Origin: Escherichia phage JSE
Sequence record: EU863408
Reading direction: 5' to 3' (one strand)
DNA length: 64,000 bases
Each line of letters starts with the position of its first letter. Positions within the stretch are counted from its first letter, which is position 1. Both the position numbers and the translations under genes were made by a program. The notes below the pieces were generated by a model that did not search any database, was not told the origin of the DNA, and saw only the letters and a list, made by a program, of their open reading frames with translations. Shown piece by piece: positions 26,951 to 36,032 of this stretch.

Positions 26951-27410
26951 CTCGTTTTGTTAAACGTTCACGAATATCATTGAGGATACTACAAAATTCC
27001 GATTCAGTCAATATAGTCTTTAACGGATCAGTTCCACCTATGCTATGACGTAATTTCTTATTTCCTGTAGCGAGTAATGCTTTACAAAATTCTGGGTTAT
27101 TCCGTGCCATCGTAACAAATGCCAGATGTACCAGTCTGTAATAATGCTCACTCATTCGATGAATCGGGCGACCCTGAAAATATAACATGTGATTCTCAAT
27201 CTTTTCAGTTCTTCCGGTTCTTTTTGCTTTGCCACCGTGCATCAAAAAGATTTCTCTTTGTCTCTGAGGGTTCTTAAATCTTAGCCCCTGTAAAAATCCT
27301 TCTGTGCTGTTAATATCGCAACCAAATAGACGGAATGGTCTTTTATTGAAATTACTCAATTCACCCGATGGATAAGGTCCACCCGCATAGATATCAATTT
27401 CAGAAGTCAT
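26931..27410 (-). CDS. NADAR (DUF1768, YbiA-like) domain protein
   Basis: LSNF motif, STEGFLQGLRF and ALLATGNKKLRHS segments resemble YbiA/NADAR. Confidence 0.55.
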   Translation of the reverse strand: MTSEIDIYAGGPYPSGELSNFNKRPFRLFGCDINSTEGFLQGLRFKNPQRQREIFLMHGGKAKRTGRTEKIENHMLYFQGRPIHRMSEHYYRLVHLAFVTMARNNPEFCKALLATGNKKLRHSIGGTDPLKTILTESEFCSILNDIRERLTKRGENVNS

Positions 27411-27564
27411 TGAAACTAATCTCGCTAATCAGAGAGAACGGATCATAATCGTCATTAGGAATATCGATAGTAATCGAATGAGGATTTACCCATACACCAA
27501 ACTGGTCTTCTTCGGTGAATACTTCGGTATGGATTTCGTGGATGTTTACATTCATAGTTTTCAT
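27400..27564 (-). CDS. small acidic protein (54 aa)
   Basis: Hand-translated ORF MKTMNVNIHEIH..; AGGAAT RBS. Confidence 0.3.
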   Translation of the reverse strand: MKTMNVNIHEIHTEVFTEEDQFGVWVNPHSITIDIPNDDYDPFSLISEISFNDF

Positions 27565-27646
27565 AATAAAATTCCTTAATAATCAATAACTTACAAAATC
27601 ATATAGCCAAAATATAGGCGGGATTATTTCCCGCCGTTTAAAATCA

Positions 27647-27970
27647 TTAACCGTAAACTACCACAATATTCTGTTTGTGTGTTACAGTCCATTTCAGGTC
27701 GATCTCTTCTTCCTTCTTAACGCCGTTAATAACGTCTGGGTGAGGAACTTTATTCATCTTGCCATGTGGCAGTAGAACAGTTTTACCCAGCAATTCTTTA
27801 TCTACAGTCTCGCCAATATCAATAATCTTACCTACCAGCGGAATCTCGCCCATAGTGCGCTTTTGCTCAATAATGATCCCCATAGAGCTTTTTACTTCGG
27901 TCCCTGCGCTTTCTGCTTTAGCTTCGATAATTACATAATCACCAAGTGCTTTAGGAGTTTTAACGGTCAT
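27647..27970 (-). CDS. 31: co-chaperonin gp31 (GroES-like)
   Basis: 107 aa; GroES-like mobile loop and fold pattern; synteny with 30 and cd. Confidence 0.8.
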   Translation of the reverse strand: MTVKTPKALGDYVIIEAKAESAGTEVKSSMGIIIEQKRTMGEIPLVGKIIDIGETVDKELLGKTVLLPHGKMNKVPHPDVINGVKKEEEIDLKWTVTHKQNIVVVYG

Positions 27971-28011
27971 AATTTTATTACCTCTTCAAATCAATACAGT
28001 TTAATGATGAA

Positions 28012-28332
28012 TTATTTATAAATTTCGACGATCTGCGCGGGAGTCAGCCCATCTACATTAATCAGACTATCAAGCCCAAAACTACGGAAACCTTCAACTG
28101 CAATTTCATATACTGGCAAAGATGTTTCTGATTCTTTACGCGGTTTTTCAACATTCGGAACTAACCACTTTTCGTATGTTTCGAACGGCATCAGTGCCGG
28201 ATCTCGCGTGGCGATCATCTCACGGACAGTACCATCTTTCTTAGTAAACTGCAAAGAGTGAGTACCGACCGAAAACATTTTCTTTAGTGCTTCACGAAGT
28301 GCGATATTATCAACTTGTTCAGTCATTATCAA
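28012..28332 (-). CDS. hypothetical protein (106 aa)
   Basis: ORF between 31 and cd. Confidence 0.45.
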   Translation of the reverse strand: MIMTEQVDNIALREALKKMFSVGTHSLQFTKKDGTVREMIATRDPALMPFETYEKWLVPNVEKPRKESETSLPVYEIAVEGFRSFGLDSLINVDGLTPAQIVEIYK

Positions 28333-28825
28333 TACCCTTCAAATCAGTCAATAATGCTTTTGGAATACGCGTGATCGTAATATCTGCATTATTCAGAATA
28401 TCAGCCCAATCACGCCCACCATTTCGATCATATGTGTCGCAATAGTATAGATGTTTAATTCCACTGTTTGCAATTGCTTTAGCGCAATCTGGACACGGTG
28501 AAGCAGTACACCACATACTAGCGCCTTCAATCGATACACCGCTACGGGCAGCAAACAAAATAGCATTTAATTCAGCGTGGATCTCGTTTTTCTGTGACCA
28601 TGCACTATGCTCTGGTCGTTTTTCTGGGATCATTTTGCCGTCATCATCCAGCCAACCGTTTTTATGTGCATGACAGCTACAATTTACTTGCCCTGCTGGA
28701 GTTCCGTTAAATCCAGTAGAAATGATTCGCCCGTCTTTTTCGATCAGTGCGCCTACCTTCCACGAAACACATTTAGAGTTCTTTGCGATTAGATAGGCGA
28801 TCTGCATGTAAGTTTGTGACAACAT
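28319..28825 (-). CDS. cd: dCMP deaminase
   Basis: Zinc-deaminase motifs HAELNAI and PCPDCAKAI; similar to T4 Cd. Confidence 0.85.
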   Translation of the reverse strand: MLSQTYMQIAYLIAKNSKCVSWKVGALIEKDGRIISTGFNGTPAGQVNCSCHAHKNGWLDDDGKMIPEKRPEHSAWSQKNEIHAELNAILFAARSGVSIEGASMWCTASPCPDCAKAIANSGIKHLYYCDTYDRNGGRDWADILNNADITITRIPKALLTDLKGIDND

Positions 28826-28846
28826 AATATAATCCTCACATATTAA

Positions 28847-29050
28847 TTAACCGTATACGCGAAAGTATTCTACCGATCCGTCGCTATACTGTTTTACATT
28901 GAATGTATTCACACCATGATCATTGCTCATAATGACATATACACTGCGACGCTCATCACCAAACGGGTTAACTGGTGCGGGTTCAATTTCAACATTAAAA
29001 CCACGTTTAGCAAGTGCTTCGCCTAATTGCTTGAGTTTATCGGTAAACAT
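28847..29050 (-). CDS. hypothetical protein (67 aa)
   Basis: ORF only. Confidence 0.4.
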   Translation of the reverse strand: MFTDKLKQLGEALAKRGFNVEIEPAPVNPFGDERRSVYVIMSNDHGVNTFNVKQYSDGSVEYFRVYG

Positions 29051-29928
29051 TAAAAGTCTCCGTAGTTAACCTGAAAACATTCTACACCAATTGAGCGGTA
29101 CATGTCAACCACTTGATCACGGTCATCTACTGCCAAAACAACATGATAACGCGGTGCAATTTCCGAGAAGAAGATCTCTTTCTTCACTTCATGGTCTGGA
29201 CGTCGATCATTAGTTTCACGCTGGAAGTGATCGCTAGGTTCAATACCCTGTTCACGCAGCCATTGCAGAGTATCTTCTTCGCAAACATCCTCACGCCCTG
29301 AGCATGTAATGATACGATAACCATTATCACGATACAGTTTAAGCATTTCGATCACTTGCGGACGCGGTTTATCTTCTTTGACCTTTGTCCAGTCAAACGG
29401 ATGACGACCGCCCTTATCCGCTAATGTCCCATCAATATCAAAGATCACCGCTTTCGGTAGCATGGTATTCGGTTTGTATACTTCTTGACCCATATATTCC
29501 TGCATAAGATAAAATTGGTTGCGCAGATGAGAAAGTGGAATTGCTTTCTCGCCGCGATAGAAATTACGTTTCTTTAGTGTCTCAAATGATTCATTGAACA
29601 CTTGTTCAGTATACACCGCGTTAAATTCTTTTGCAAGTTCTTTGTAGAATACACGATGTTTTTCTTTCAGGTTGGTATCAGAGATAATGATACTCAATCC
29701 GCGTGATAGAGTCTCGCGAGCAATCATTCTCTGAATAGACTCTACCAGCTTTTCTTTTTCCTTAGTATACTTGTATTTCAAAAGTGAGTCAACACCAAAC
29801 AACATAAGACGAAGATCATCACGATTCACATTACGATAATTACTAAACCGTTTACATGTTTCCATAGCCCATGTAGTTTTACCGGACCCAGAACAACCAA
29901 CGGTTAAAATCACTTCACATTTCGGCAT
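29050..29928 (-). CDS. pseT: polynucleotide 5-prime kinase / 3-prime phosphatase
   Basis: P-loop GCSGSGKTT and HAD motif VIFDIDGTLA; start taken at MPKCEVIL. Confidence 0.85.
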   Translation of the reverse strand: MPKCEVILTVGCSGSGKTTWAMETCKRFSNYRNVNRDDLRLMLFGVDSLLKYKYTKEKEKLVESIQRMIARETLSRGLSIIISDTNLKEKHRVFYKELAKEFNAVYTEQVFNESFETLKKRNFYRGEKAIPLSHLRNQFYLMQEYMGQEVYKPNTMLPKAVIFDIDGTLADKGGRHPFDWTKVKEDKPRPQVIEMLKLYRDNGYRIITCSGREDVCEEDTLQWLREQGIEPSDHFQRETNDRRPDHEVKKEIFFSEIAPRYHVVLAVDDRDQVVDMYRSIGVECFQVNYGDF

Positions 29929-30380
29929 TATTTCTCCTTCGGTTTGCACCGTTCCTCATTAAGTTCTTTGCGATAATAACACATGATCAACTTACTTTCA
30001 AGTGTATATCTCTTAATATCAGCCAACCAGACTCTAAATTTTTGGGAGTCCTCCCACGACATAGAAACTCTAGGTTTACCGTCTATTGTATCCACTTTCA
30101 GGTCAATGTCAACTTTTTCTATTGGTGCTGGTAGTGGAGGATGTAATTTCGGTTCCTGTGAATAATGGTCCATTGTACACGAAGAAAGAGCAAATACAAT
30201 AGGTACAGCGAAGACATGGATTATGGCGGTCTGAAAATTCTTATGTGCTTTCTTAAACAACCAGTGTATCACGAAAATTGAAAACACCATAAGGATAATA
30301 ATGCTTGCACCTATCCCCAGATAATCAACCAGATTAAAATTGCTTATCTGCTCTTGCGTAGGCAATATTTCTATGCTCAT
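29928..30380 (-). CDS. membrane protein (150 aa)
   Basis: Hydrophobic helices. Confidence 0.45.
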   Translation of the reverse strand: MSIEILPTQEQISNFNLVDYLGIGASIIILMVFSIFVIHWLFKKAHKNFQTAIIHVFAVPIVFALSSCTMDHYSQEPKLHPPLPAPIEKVDIDLKVDTIDGKPRVSMSWEDSQKFRVWLADIKRYTLESKLIMCYYRKELNEERCKPKEK

Positions 30381-30751
30381 TTAGTAGCCTCCTTTAATTC
30401 TTCGGTAAACTCCTTAAATGAATCATTAAGCTGTTTCTCTACCAACTTGGGTTTTTGTGCTACTACATAGCCTCGTGTAGCGTCTTTCATTGCTTTGTTT
30501 TGTTCTTCTGCAAACTTAGTTCTTATTCCGTACATCTCCTTTTGTAGTGAGTCTACGACCTTCATCTTTTCATCTGTCTTTTTCTTATACTCTGTAAATT
30601 CCTGATTTAATCGGTCCACCTCCTTTTTATTTTCCCACCACATATTGCCACCTACCCCCAGCAACACAGATATGATAACAATGTATATCAGCTTTGACAT
30701 ATTACCCCCAACGACAAAAGGCGGGGAACTAGCCCCGCTTATTATTACCAA
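30377..30751 (-). CDS. membrane protein (124 aa)
   Basis: N-terminal hydrophobic helix; coiled C-terminus. Confidence 0.45.
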   Translation of the reverse strand: MVIISGASSPPFVVGGNMSKLIYIVIISVLLGVGGNMWWENKKEVDRLNQEFTEYKKKTDEKMKVVDSLQKEMYGIRTKFAEEQNKAMKDATRGYVVAQKPKLVEKQLNDSFKEFTEELKEATK

Positions 30752-31863
30752 TCAATCTTATCAGCCGGAATCAGTTTCTTATAATTCCGTAGATAGTAAG
30801 TTTTCATTGAAGCCAGAATACGGTCATAATCAAGACCATCAAATGCAATCATCAGACACATGAAAATATATGATTGTGCATCACCATGTTTACGTGATTC
30901 GATAGTCGCATTGGATGCATATGTCTTTCTGTCTTCTCCCGCGTGTGCGTTATAAAATTCTGTTGCTGTCGTAAAGGCATTGCGAAGAATGGACCTGAAT
31001 GCTTCCTCGAATAGCTCAATTCGTTCCAGTGCTTCCGGTTCGCCTTCATATGCAGCACGCAAATCATCGGTTTCGCTTTCTACGACATAGTAGATCAGGT
31101 TATTAGGAAACATCGATGTGTTTTTAATGTTATGCACACCAATATACCATTCACTCTTCACCTTGAACATTTGACCGTCTTTAGTGCGTGCAACAATTCC
31201 TTCGATACCTTCTGCGGTCCGAACTTCATCAAGAATATTGCTAAAACGCGCTGAATCAACCTGTAACGCATTTACCAGATGAGGACGTAGGATTGCGTCA
31301 GCAAATAGCATTTGATGCGGTACGTACTCTCCTGTGACGTTATGGCGTACATTCAGAAGTGTTAGCGACGGTTCAGAATATTCTACAACAATTCGGTTGC
31401 TGGGTGCTGTATATTCAAAGTTGAAAGTATAATCAGACCCAATATCGGCGATCTTAGCGCGTAGATCCGCATACTTCTCTGAATACAGAAGACCGTTTGC
31501 TCTCTCTGCCTGGCTTGAGTACAAGGCCGCTTTAGACTTCAACTGAACATAGCCGTTATCAATGTATGTGCTTACTAGACTACCGTCCATTTTGTCCATG
31601 ACCATTTCCACATCTTCCGGCTTAAAGCGAGCGCGATCATTCTCACCCAAATTAAAAAACTTCTCCATAGGACGAGATGCAATGCGGACAGGTCGGTCTT
31701 TATCATCGATTTCAAACATGATCCCGCGACACTCTAACGCATCTGGTTTATTCCACATTTCCGGTTTGCTCAAGTACAGATAACTAAAAATGCGCATACG
31801 GGTTTGCATCGCCGTAATTTCATCTTTGTAATAGAACGTATCAGATCCGTCACATAGTGCCAT
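30745..31863 (-). CDS. rnlA: RNA ligase 1
   Basis: Nucleotidyltransferase KxDG motif (KMDGSLVSTY) and overall similarity to T4 Rnl1; start set at ATG 31861-31863 to avoid overlapping denA, uncertain. Confidence 0.8.
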   Translation of the reverse strand: MALCDGSDTFYYKDEITAMQTRMRIFSYLYLSKPEMWNKPDALECRGIMFEIDDKDRPVRIASRPMEKFFNLGENDRARFKPEDVEMVMDKMDGSLVSTYIDNGYVQLKSKAALYSSQAERANGLLYSEKYADLRAKIADIGSDYTFNFEYTAPSNRIVVEYSEPSLTLLNVRHNVTGEYVPHQMLFADAILRPHLVNALQVDSARFSNILDEVRTAEGIEGIVARTKDGQMFKVKSEWYIGVHNIKNTSMFPNNLIYYVVESETDDLRAAYEGEPEALERIELFEEAFRSILRNAFTTATEFYNAHAGEDRKTYASNATIESRKHGDAQSYIFMCLMIAFDGLDYDRILASMKTYYLRNYKKLIPADKIDW

Positions 31864-31880
31864 CAGATTTTTGAACAATG

Positions 31881-32312
31881 CTAAAACTTTTTTTGTTGTT
31901 TTCTTTTGTTGACATAATTTGTGTTCCATTCTGGTTTAAATTTGGTGATCAAAACAGGTTCTTCGATATCGGCAGTGCTTATAATATCTTTACCCGTTGG
32001 ATTCTCGATGTACAACTCAAAGCATTGGCGGTAATAGAATGTTACTGTCTTACCTTCCTCTAGCGCCTTATGAATATTCTTACTCTTGCGAGTATCCGCT
32101 GTTGGTGTTTGTCTGTTAATGCTCGTCCGGTAATAATTGATCCGCTTTCTGAGATTAACAGTCTGACCAATGTATACCAGTTCATCATCAACCACAATAG
32201 CGTAAAGAACATTTAAACGGTTTTTCTGAGGCGGTAGAATCACATCACCATCTTTACACTCTAAACATGAATATTTAACGAATCCATAGTTTTCTATTAG
32301 CTCATTAATCAT
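31881..32312 (-). CDS. denA: endonuclease II (GIY-YIG family)
   Basis: Close match to T4 EndoII (VLYAIVVDDELVYIGQT, NLRKRINYYRT). Confidence 0.8.
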   Translation of the reverse strand: MINELIENYGFVKYSCLECKDGDVILPPQKNRLNVLYAIVVDDELVYIGQTVNLRKRINYYRTSINRQTPTADTRKSKNIHKALEEGKTVTFYYRQCFELYIENPTGKDIISTADIEEPVLITKFKPEWNTNYVNKRKQQKKF

Positions 32313-32362
32313 TATCCTTTCCTCACGTCACAACAAAGGCGGGATTTCTCCCGCCCACCTTA

Positions 32363-32761
32363 TTAACTTTCCAGAATATCGCGAGCTTCGTTACGCTCCT
32401 TGATGATTTTCAGGACAAATTCCAGTTTTTCTTTGTTCAGTGTTCCGTTTTCCATTGCTTCTTTGACGGTAAACACTCCGCCACCTTGCCCGTATACAGT
32501 GACAGTGATTTCACCTAACATCGTGGTATGAAAACCGCCAATTTTCGGTGATTCGAAAGAAACAATCACCTCACGGATAGTATTGCCATCGTTGATTTCT
32601 TCCAGCGTAATATCGCTTTTGTAAGCGGTTGCTTTAACCATACGGATCAGCATAGTCTGATCTGGGGAGATGGTCATTTTGTCCATTGCATGTTGCAATG
32701 CAGCGTAACCGAAAACTTTAACGAAGTCCAGAACGTCTTTGCGAGTTTGAAATTTAATCAT
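32363..32761 (-). CDS. hypothetical protein (132 aa)
   Basis: ORF with RBS and PeSL upstream. Confidence 0.45.
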   Translation of the reverse strand: MIKFQTRKDVLDFVKVFGYAALQHAMDKMTISPDQTMLIRMVKATAYKSDITLEEINDGNTIREVIVSFESPKIGGFHTTMLGEITVTVYGQGGGVFTVKEAMENGTLNKEKLEFVLKIIKERNEARDILES

Positions 32762-32796
32762 CTTGATACTCCTTAGTAAGTTAGTTTCGTTTCGAT

Positions 32797-32830
32797 GGGG
32801 TATCTTACTACCCCCGTTTCAGGCTGTCAA
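32797..32830 (-). promoter_or_regulatory. PeSL-type early promoter
   Basis: TTGACA, 17 nt, TAAGAT within palindrome GGGGTAGTAAGATACCCC. Confidence 0.5.
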
Positions 32831-33049
32831 CTACTTTTTAATGACAAGTTCGAATTTTGCTACCTTACGTCCTCGTTTATTGAAAGCAACCCACGGACGG
32901 TTTTCAATGTAGAACAATTCTTCGCCAATAATGAATACTGGCTGATTGTAAAGGCGACCCATCAGGTCACGCTGGCGAATGGTAGTAGATTCGTATACTT
33001 CGCCTACTACAAAGTGTTTGCTGATAGAGTCGGTGCAAGTAAATTTCAT
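32831..33049 (-). CDS. hypothetical protein (72 aa)
   Basis: ORF with RBS. Confidence 0.4.
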   Translation of the reverse strand: MKFTCTDSISKHFVVGEVYESTTIRQRDLMGRLYNQPVFIIGEELFYIENRPWVAFNKRGRKVAKFELVIKK

Positions 33050-33076
33050 TTTGATTCTCCTGTGTTTCGTTTCGAT

Positions 33077-33112
33077 GGGGGTATCTTACTACCCCCCGCT
33101 ATTCAGTGTCAA
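33077..33112 (-). promoter_or_regulatory. PeSL-type early promoter
   Basis: TTGACA, 17 nt, TAAGAT within a GC palindrome. Confidence 0.5.
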
Positions 33113-33119
33113 CTACTTT

Positions 33120-33338
33120 TTACTTGTTGTATTCATTCCACCATTGAGTGAGCTTATCAATTATTTTTGTGTTTCTATCCAACTTATCCCACCGTTTTCG
33201 AGGGTTTATCAACCGGAATAGGTAAGGTGTACTTGTTAAGTGAACTCGGTCACTGTAGTGATTGATGTACTGCTTTTCAATTCTAAGTTTCATCTTTTTA
33301 CGATGAAAATATGCAATGACTTGTTCTTCTGTTTCCAT
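33120..33338 (-). CDS. hypothetical protein (72 aa)
   Basis: ORF only. Confidence 0.4.
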   Translation of the reverse strand: METEEQVIAYFHRKKMKLRIEKQYINHYSDRVHLTSTPYLFRLINPRKRWDKLDRNTKIIDKLTQWWNEYNK

Positions 33339-33362
33339 ATGTTCCTCCGTTTCGATGTGCGT

Positions 33363-33391
33363 ATTATGCTATGGTAAGATCCGATTGTCAA
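33363..33391 (-). promoter_or_regulatory. sigma70-like early promoter
   Basis: TTGACA, 17 nt, CATAAT. Confidence 0.45.
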
Positions 33392-33439
33392 CACCCAATA
33401 ACAAAAAAAGTCGCCACTATGGGCGACTTTGAACAAACA

Positions 33440-33916
33440 TTAATCATGACCGTGATTTGCAATATCCGCTCGTGTCGTGTCTTTGTGATTACCTACGTCA
33501 AAGACACGATAACCATTTTCACGAAGAACTTTAATCACTTCTGGGTTATCCTCAAAGACTCCGACAACTTCATCTTTATCAAAGGATTTAATTACCTCTA
33601 ATTTGATGTGATAGTCTTTACGGGAATCATTGCGACCTCTCATAAAGATTTTATCGAAACACACATCATTAGCGATCAACCATTCCACCGTTTCCATGTA
33701 AGCATGTGAACTTCGTCCGGTGAGGATGTAAATCAAATGCCCGTTGTCGGAAAGAGCATTGATAACACGGATTACATCGTAAATGGGGGAATCTCCCCCA
33801 CATGCCTTGTTATATTCGATCCATGACTCGACTTTATCAAGATTTTCGGTTGGCATCTTTGCTAGTCGATGTGTTGGATCTGTGATCGTAAAATCTAAAT
33901 CGACAAAATATATCAT
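33440..33916 (-). CDS. HAD-superfamily phosphatase-like protein
   Basis: N-terminal DxDxT motif (FVDLDFTIT); overlaps nrdB start. Confidence 0.45.
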   Translation of the reverse strand: MIYFVDLDFTITDPTHRLAKMPTENLDKVESWIEYNKACGGDSPIYDVIRVINALSDNGHLIYILTGRSSHAYMETVEWLIANDVCFDKIFMRGRNDSRKDYHIKLEVIKSFDKDEVVGVFEDNPEVIKVLRENGYRVFDVGNHKDTTRADIANHGHD

Positions 33917-35079
33917 AGATATTTCCCGAATCGGTTGTAGTCATCGTCTGTTAAATCGGTATTAACCTGAGACACCAGATACATAATCTCTACTTCCTGC
34001 GCTGCATTCTGCACTTCGTCAGAGTTTAACCACTTACGCATCCACGGTAAAGGATGACGACGAACACTAAACGGGCTTTTCAGTCCGGCAGCACGCATAC
34101 GGGAATCTGCCAGGTATTCTACATAGGTTTTCAGAATTTCCGGTGACAGGTTAGGAATTGCCCCCATTGCGAATAGGTGGTCTACCCATTCTTTTTCTTG
34201 CTCGACAACATCCAGAAAGATTTTCGTTGCTTCGCCTTCAAGTTCTTCCGCAATCTGTTTCCACTCATCACCATCAACCCCCGTTTGCCATTGACGAATA
34301 ATGTATTGTGTGCCTTTTAAGTGAAGTTGTTCATCACGCGCAATAAATTTCATGATCTTCGCGTTACCTTCCAGTAAACCACGTTCGGCAAAGCTGAAAG
34401 TACATGCAAAGGACACATAAAAACGAATTGCTTCCAGTGCGTTGACGCAGTGTGCACACAGATAAATCGAAGCCATCAGATCTCGTTTTGTATCTTCAAA
34501 AAATCTTCTTGCATCATCTAATGCTGTCTGGTCGTCTCGTTCTTCCCAATAGCGGAGATCTTCTTTTGCATTCTCATACTTACGAATCCAATAAAGAACA
34601 TCATCATAATATTTCCCGATAGATTCCGCTCGCTTCATGATAGCAGGGTTATCGATGATCTGGTCGAACTCACTAGCCGGATCAATGAAACAGTTACGCA
34701 TAATGTGTGTATAGCTTCGGCTATGAATCGTTTCGCTGAATGTCCATGTTTGCAACCATGTATCGAGAGTTGGATCAGATACAATTGGACCAAATGCTGC
34801 GGACGGTGCGCGACCTTGAATAGAATCAAGTAATGTCTGATACTTCAAGTTTTCAGTAAAGAAACGCTTTTCAACGTCACCCATATTAAGATATTGAATG
34901 CGGTCGGTTGCAAGTGAAATTTCTTCTGGACGCCAGAAAAATGACAGAGATTTTTCAATTAATTCTTCAAATACTTGATGACGCTGAATGTCATAACGAG
35001 CGATACCTAAACCGCTACCCAGAAACATCGGTTCATTCATAATATCAACGTGTTCACGATTAAATACCGTATTTCCCAT
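33913..35079 (-). CDS. nrdB: ribonucleotide reductase small subunit
   Basis: 388 aa; di-iron/tyrosyl radical signature region; uninterrupted (no intron). Confidence 0.9.
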   Translation of the reverse strand: MGNTVFNREHVDIMNEPMFLGSGLGIARYDIQRHQVFEELIEKSLSFFWRPEEISLATDRIQYLNMGDVEKRFFTENLKYQTLLDSIQGRAPSAAFGPIVSDPTLDTWLQTWTFSETIHSRSYTHIMRNCFIDPASEFDQIIDNPAIMKRAESIGKYYDDVLYWIRKYENAKEDLRYWEERDDQTALDDARRFFEDTKRDLMASIYLCAHCVNALEAIRFYVSFACTFSFAERGLLEGNAKIMKFIARDEQLHLKGTQYIIRQWQTGVDGDEWKQIAEELEGEATKIFLDVVEQEKEWVDHLFAMGAIPNLSPEILKTYVEYLADSRMRAAGLKSPFSVRRHPLPWMRKWLNSDEVQNAAQEVEIMYLVSQVNTDLTDDDYNRFGKYL

Positions 35080-35727
35080 TCACATATTCCTCATTTTACA
35101 GTTATCAAAGTGCCATCGTAGAGCATTGCCTTTATTGGTAATTTTACCGCAATGCGGACAAGGATCTGCCATTGTTGCTTCCTTTGTCCGTTGTGAAATC
35201 AGCTTTCTCATTTCCTCGCTATGTGGTATTCCTTTAGTTGGCGATGGTTTCCCAAACATAGGATTTTTACTTCCCATTCTAGCTTTTGAAATGTTTAACG
35301 CGTGCTCCTTTGTTTTTGGCTTACGCATTTTAGCTTTTGTCTCTTCTGATTTCAATACACCTTTCGAAGATTCGCTAATCTTTCTTCGCGTTTCTTCTTT
35401 CATCGGCTTGCCCTTTCTTTGTTCAGAGATAAGTACCCTAGCTTGTTCATATACCCTAGACGAAACAATATAATCTCTTTTATTGGTCTTCGCATTTTTT
35501 GCTAAACACATCATACCAAATGCTTGTGCCATAGGTCCACCATGAATTTTGGCCAGCAGATGATGAATCACGAAATGTTCTTTTGCTGTCAACTCAATCA
35601 GGTTATCAACTTCATCACCGCCACCCATAGATCGCGGTAAAATATGATGTGTTTCCTTATATCCTTCAACGGTTCCTCTGATCTTTGCTTTTTCTATGAT
35701 TGCGTCATGTAGTTTTTGTAAGTTCAT
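35080..35727 (-). CDS. HNH homing endonuclease (MobE-like position between nrdB and nrdA)
   Basis: HNH motif HHILPRS..NLIELTAKEH and NUMOD-like repeats; C-terminal CPHCG. Confidence 0.7.
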   Translation of the reverse strand: MNLQKLHDAIIEKAKIRGTVEGYKETHHILPRSMGGGDEVDNLIELTAKEHFVIHHLLAKIHGGPMAQAFGMMCLAKNAKTNKRDYIVSSRVYEQARVLISEQRKGKPMKEETRRKISESSKGVLKSEETKAKMRKPKTKEHALNISKARMGSKNPMFGKPSPTKGIPHSEEMRKLISQRTKEATMADPCPHCGKITNKGNALRWHFDNCKMRNM

Positions 35728-35796
35728 GAATTAATCCTCTTTTCTGTATACCATTATTTATCAGGTATCCAGAAGAAGGATTAATTCACCTCACTA

Positions 35797-35964
35797 TTAT
35801 CCGACAACCTCAAAACATTTATCATCAGGAAGAATAGCCCATTCTACGCCGTATTCATCCTCAACGTAGTAGCAAGTCCCATCATGTCGAGCATCATATT
35901 CATCACCGACAACAAAGCTATCAGCTAGCTCAAAATCTACAGCAACACATTTTAATTTGGTCAT
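35797..35964 (-). CDS. small hypothetical protein (55 aa from MTKLK)
   Basis: ORF with GAGGAT RBS downstream of a PeSL promoter. Confidence 0.35.
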   Translation of the reverse strand: MTKLKCVAVDFELADSFVVGDEYDARHDGTCYYVEDEYGVEWAILPDDKCFEVVG

Positions 35965-35995
35965 AATAAAATCCTCACTTGTTTTTGATGGTTGT

Positions 35996-36024
35996 ATTAT
36001 AGCGGGGATTTCTCCCCGCGTCAA
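35996..36024 (-). promoter_or_regulatory. PeSL-type early promoter
   Basis: TTGACG, spacer CGGGGAGAAATCCCCGC, TATAAT. Confidence 0.5.
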
Positions 36025-36032
36025 CACTTATT

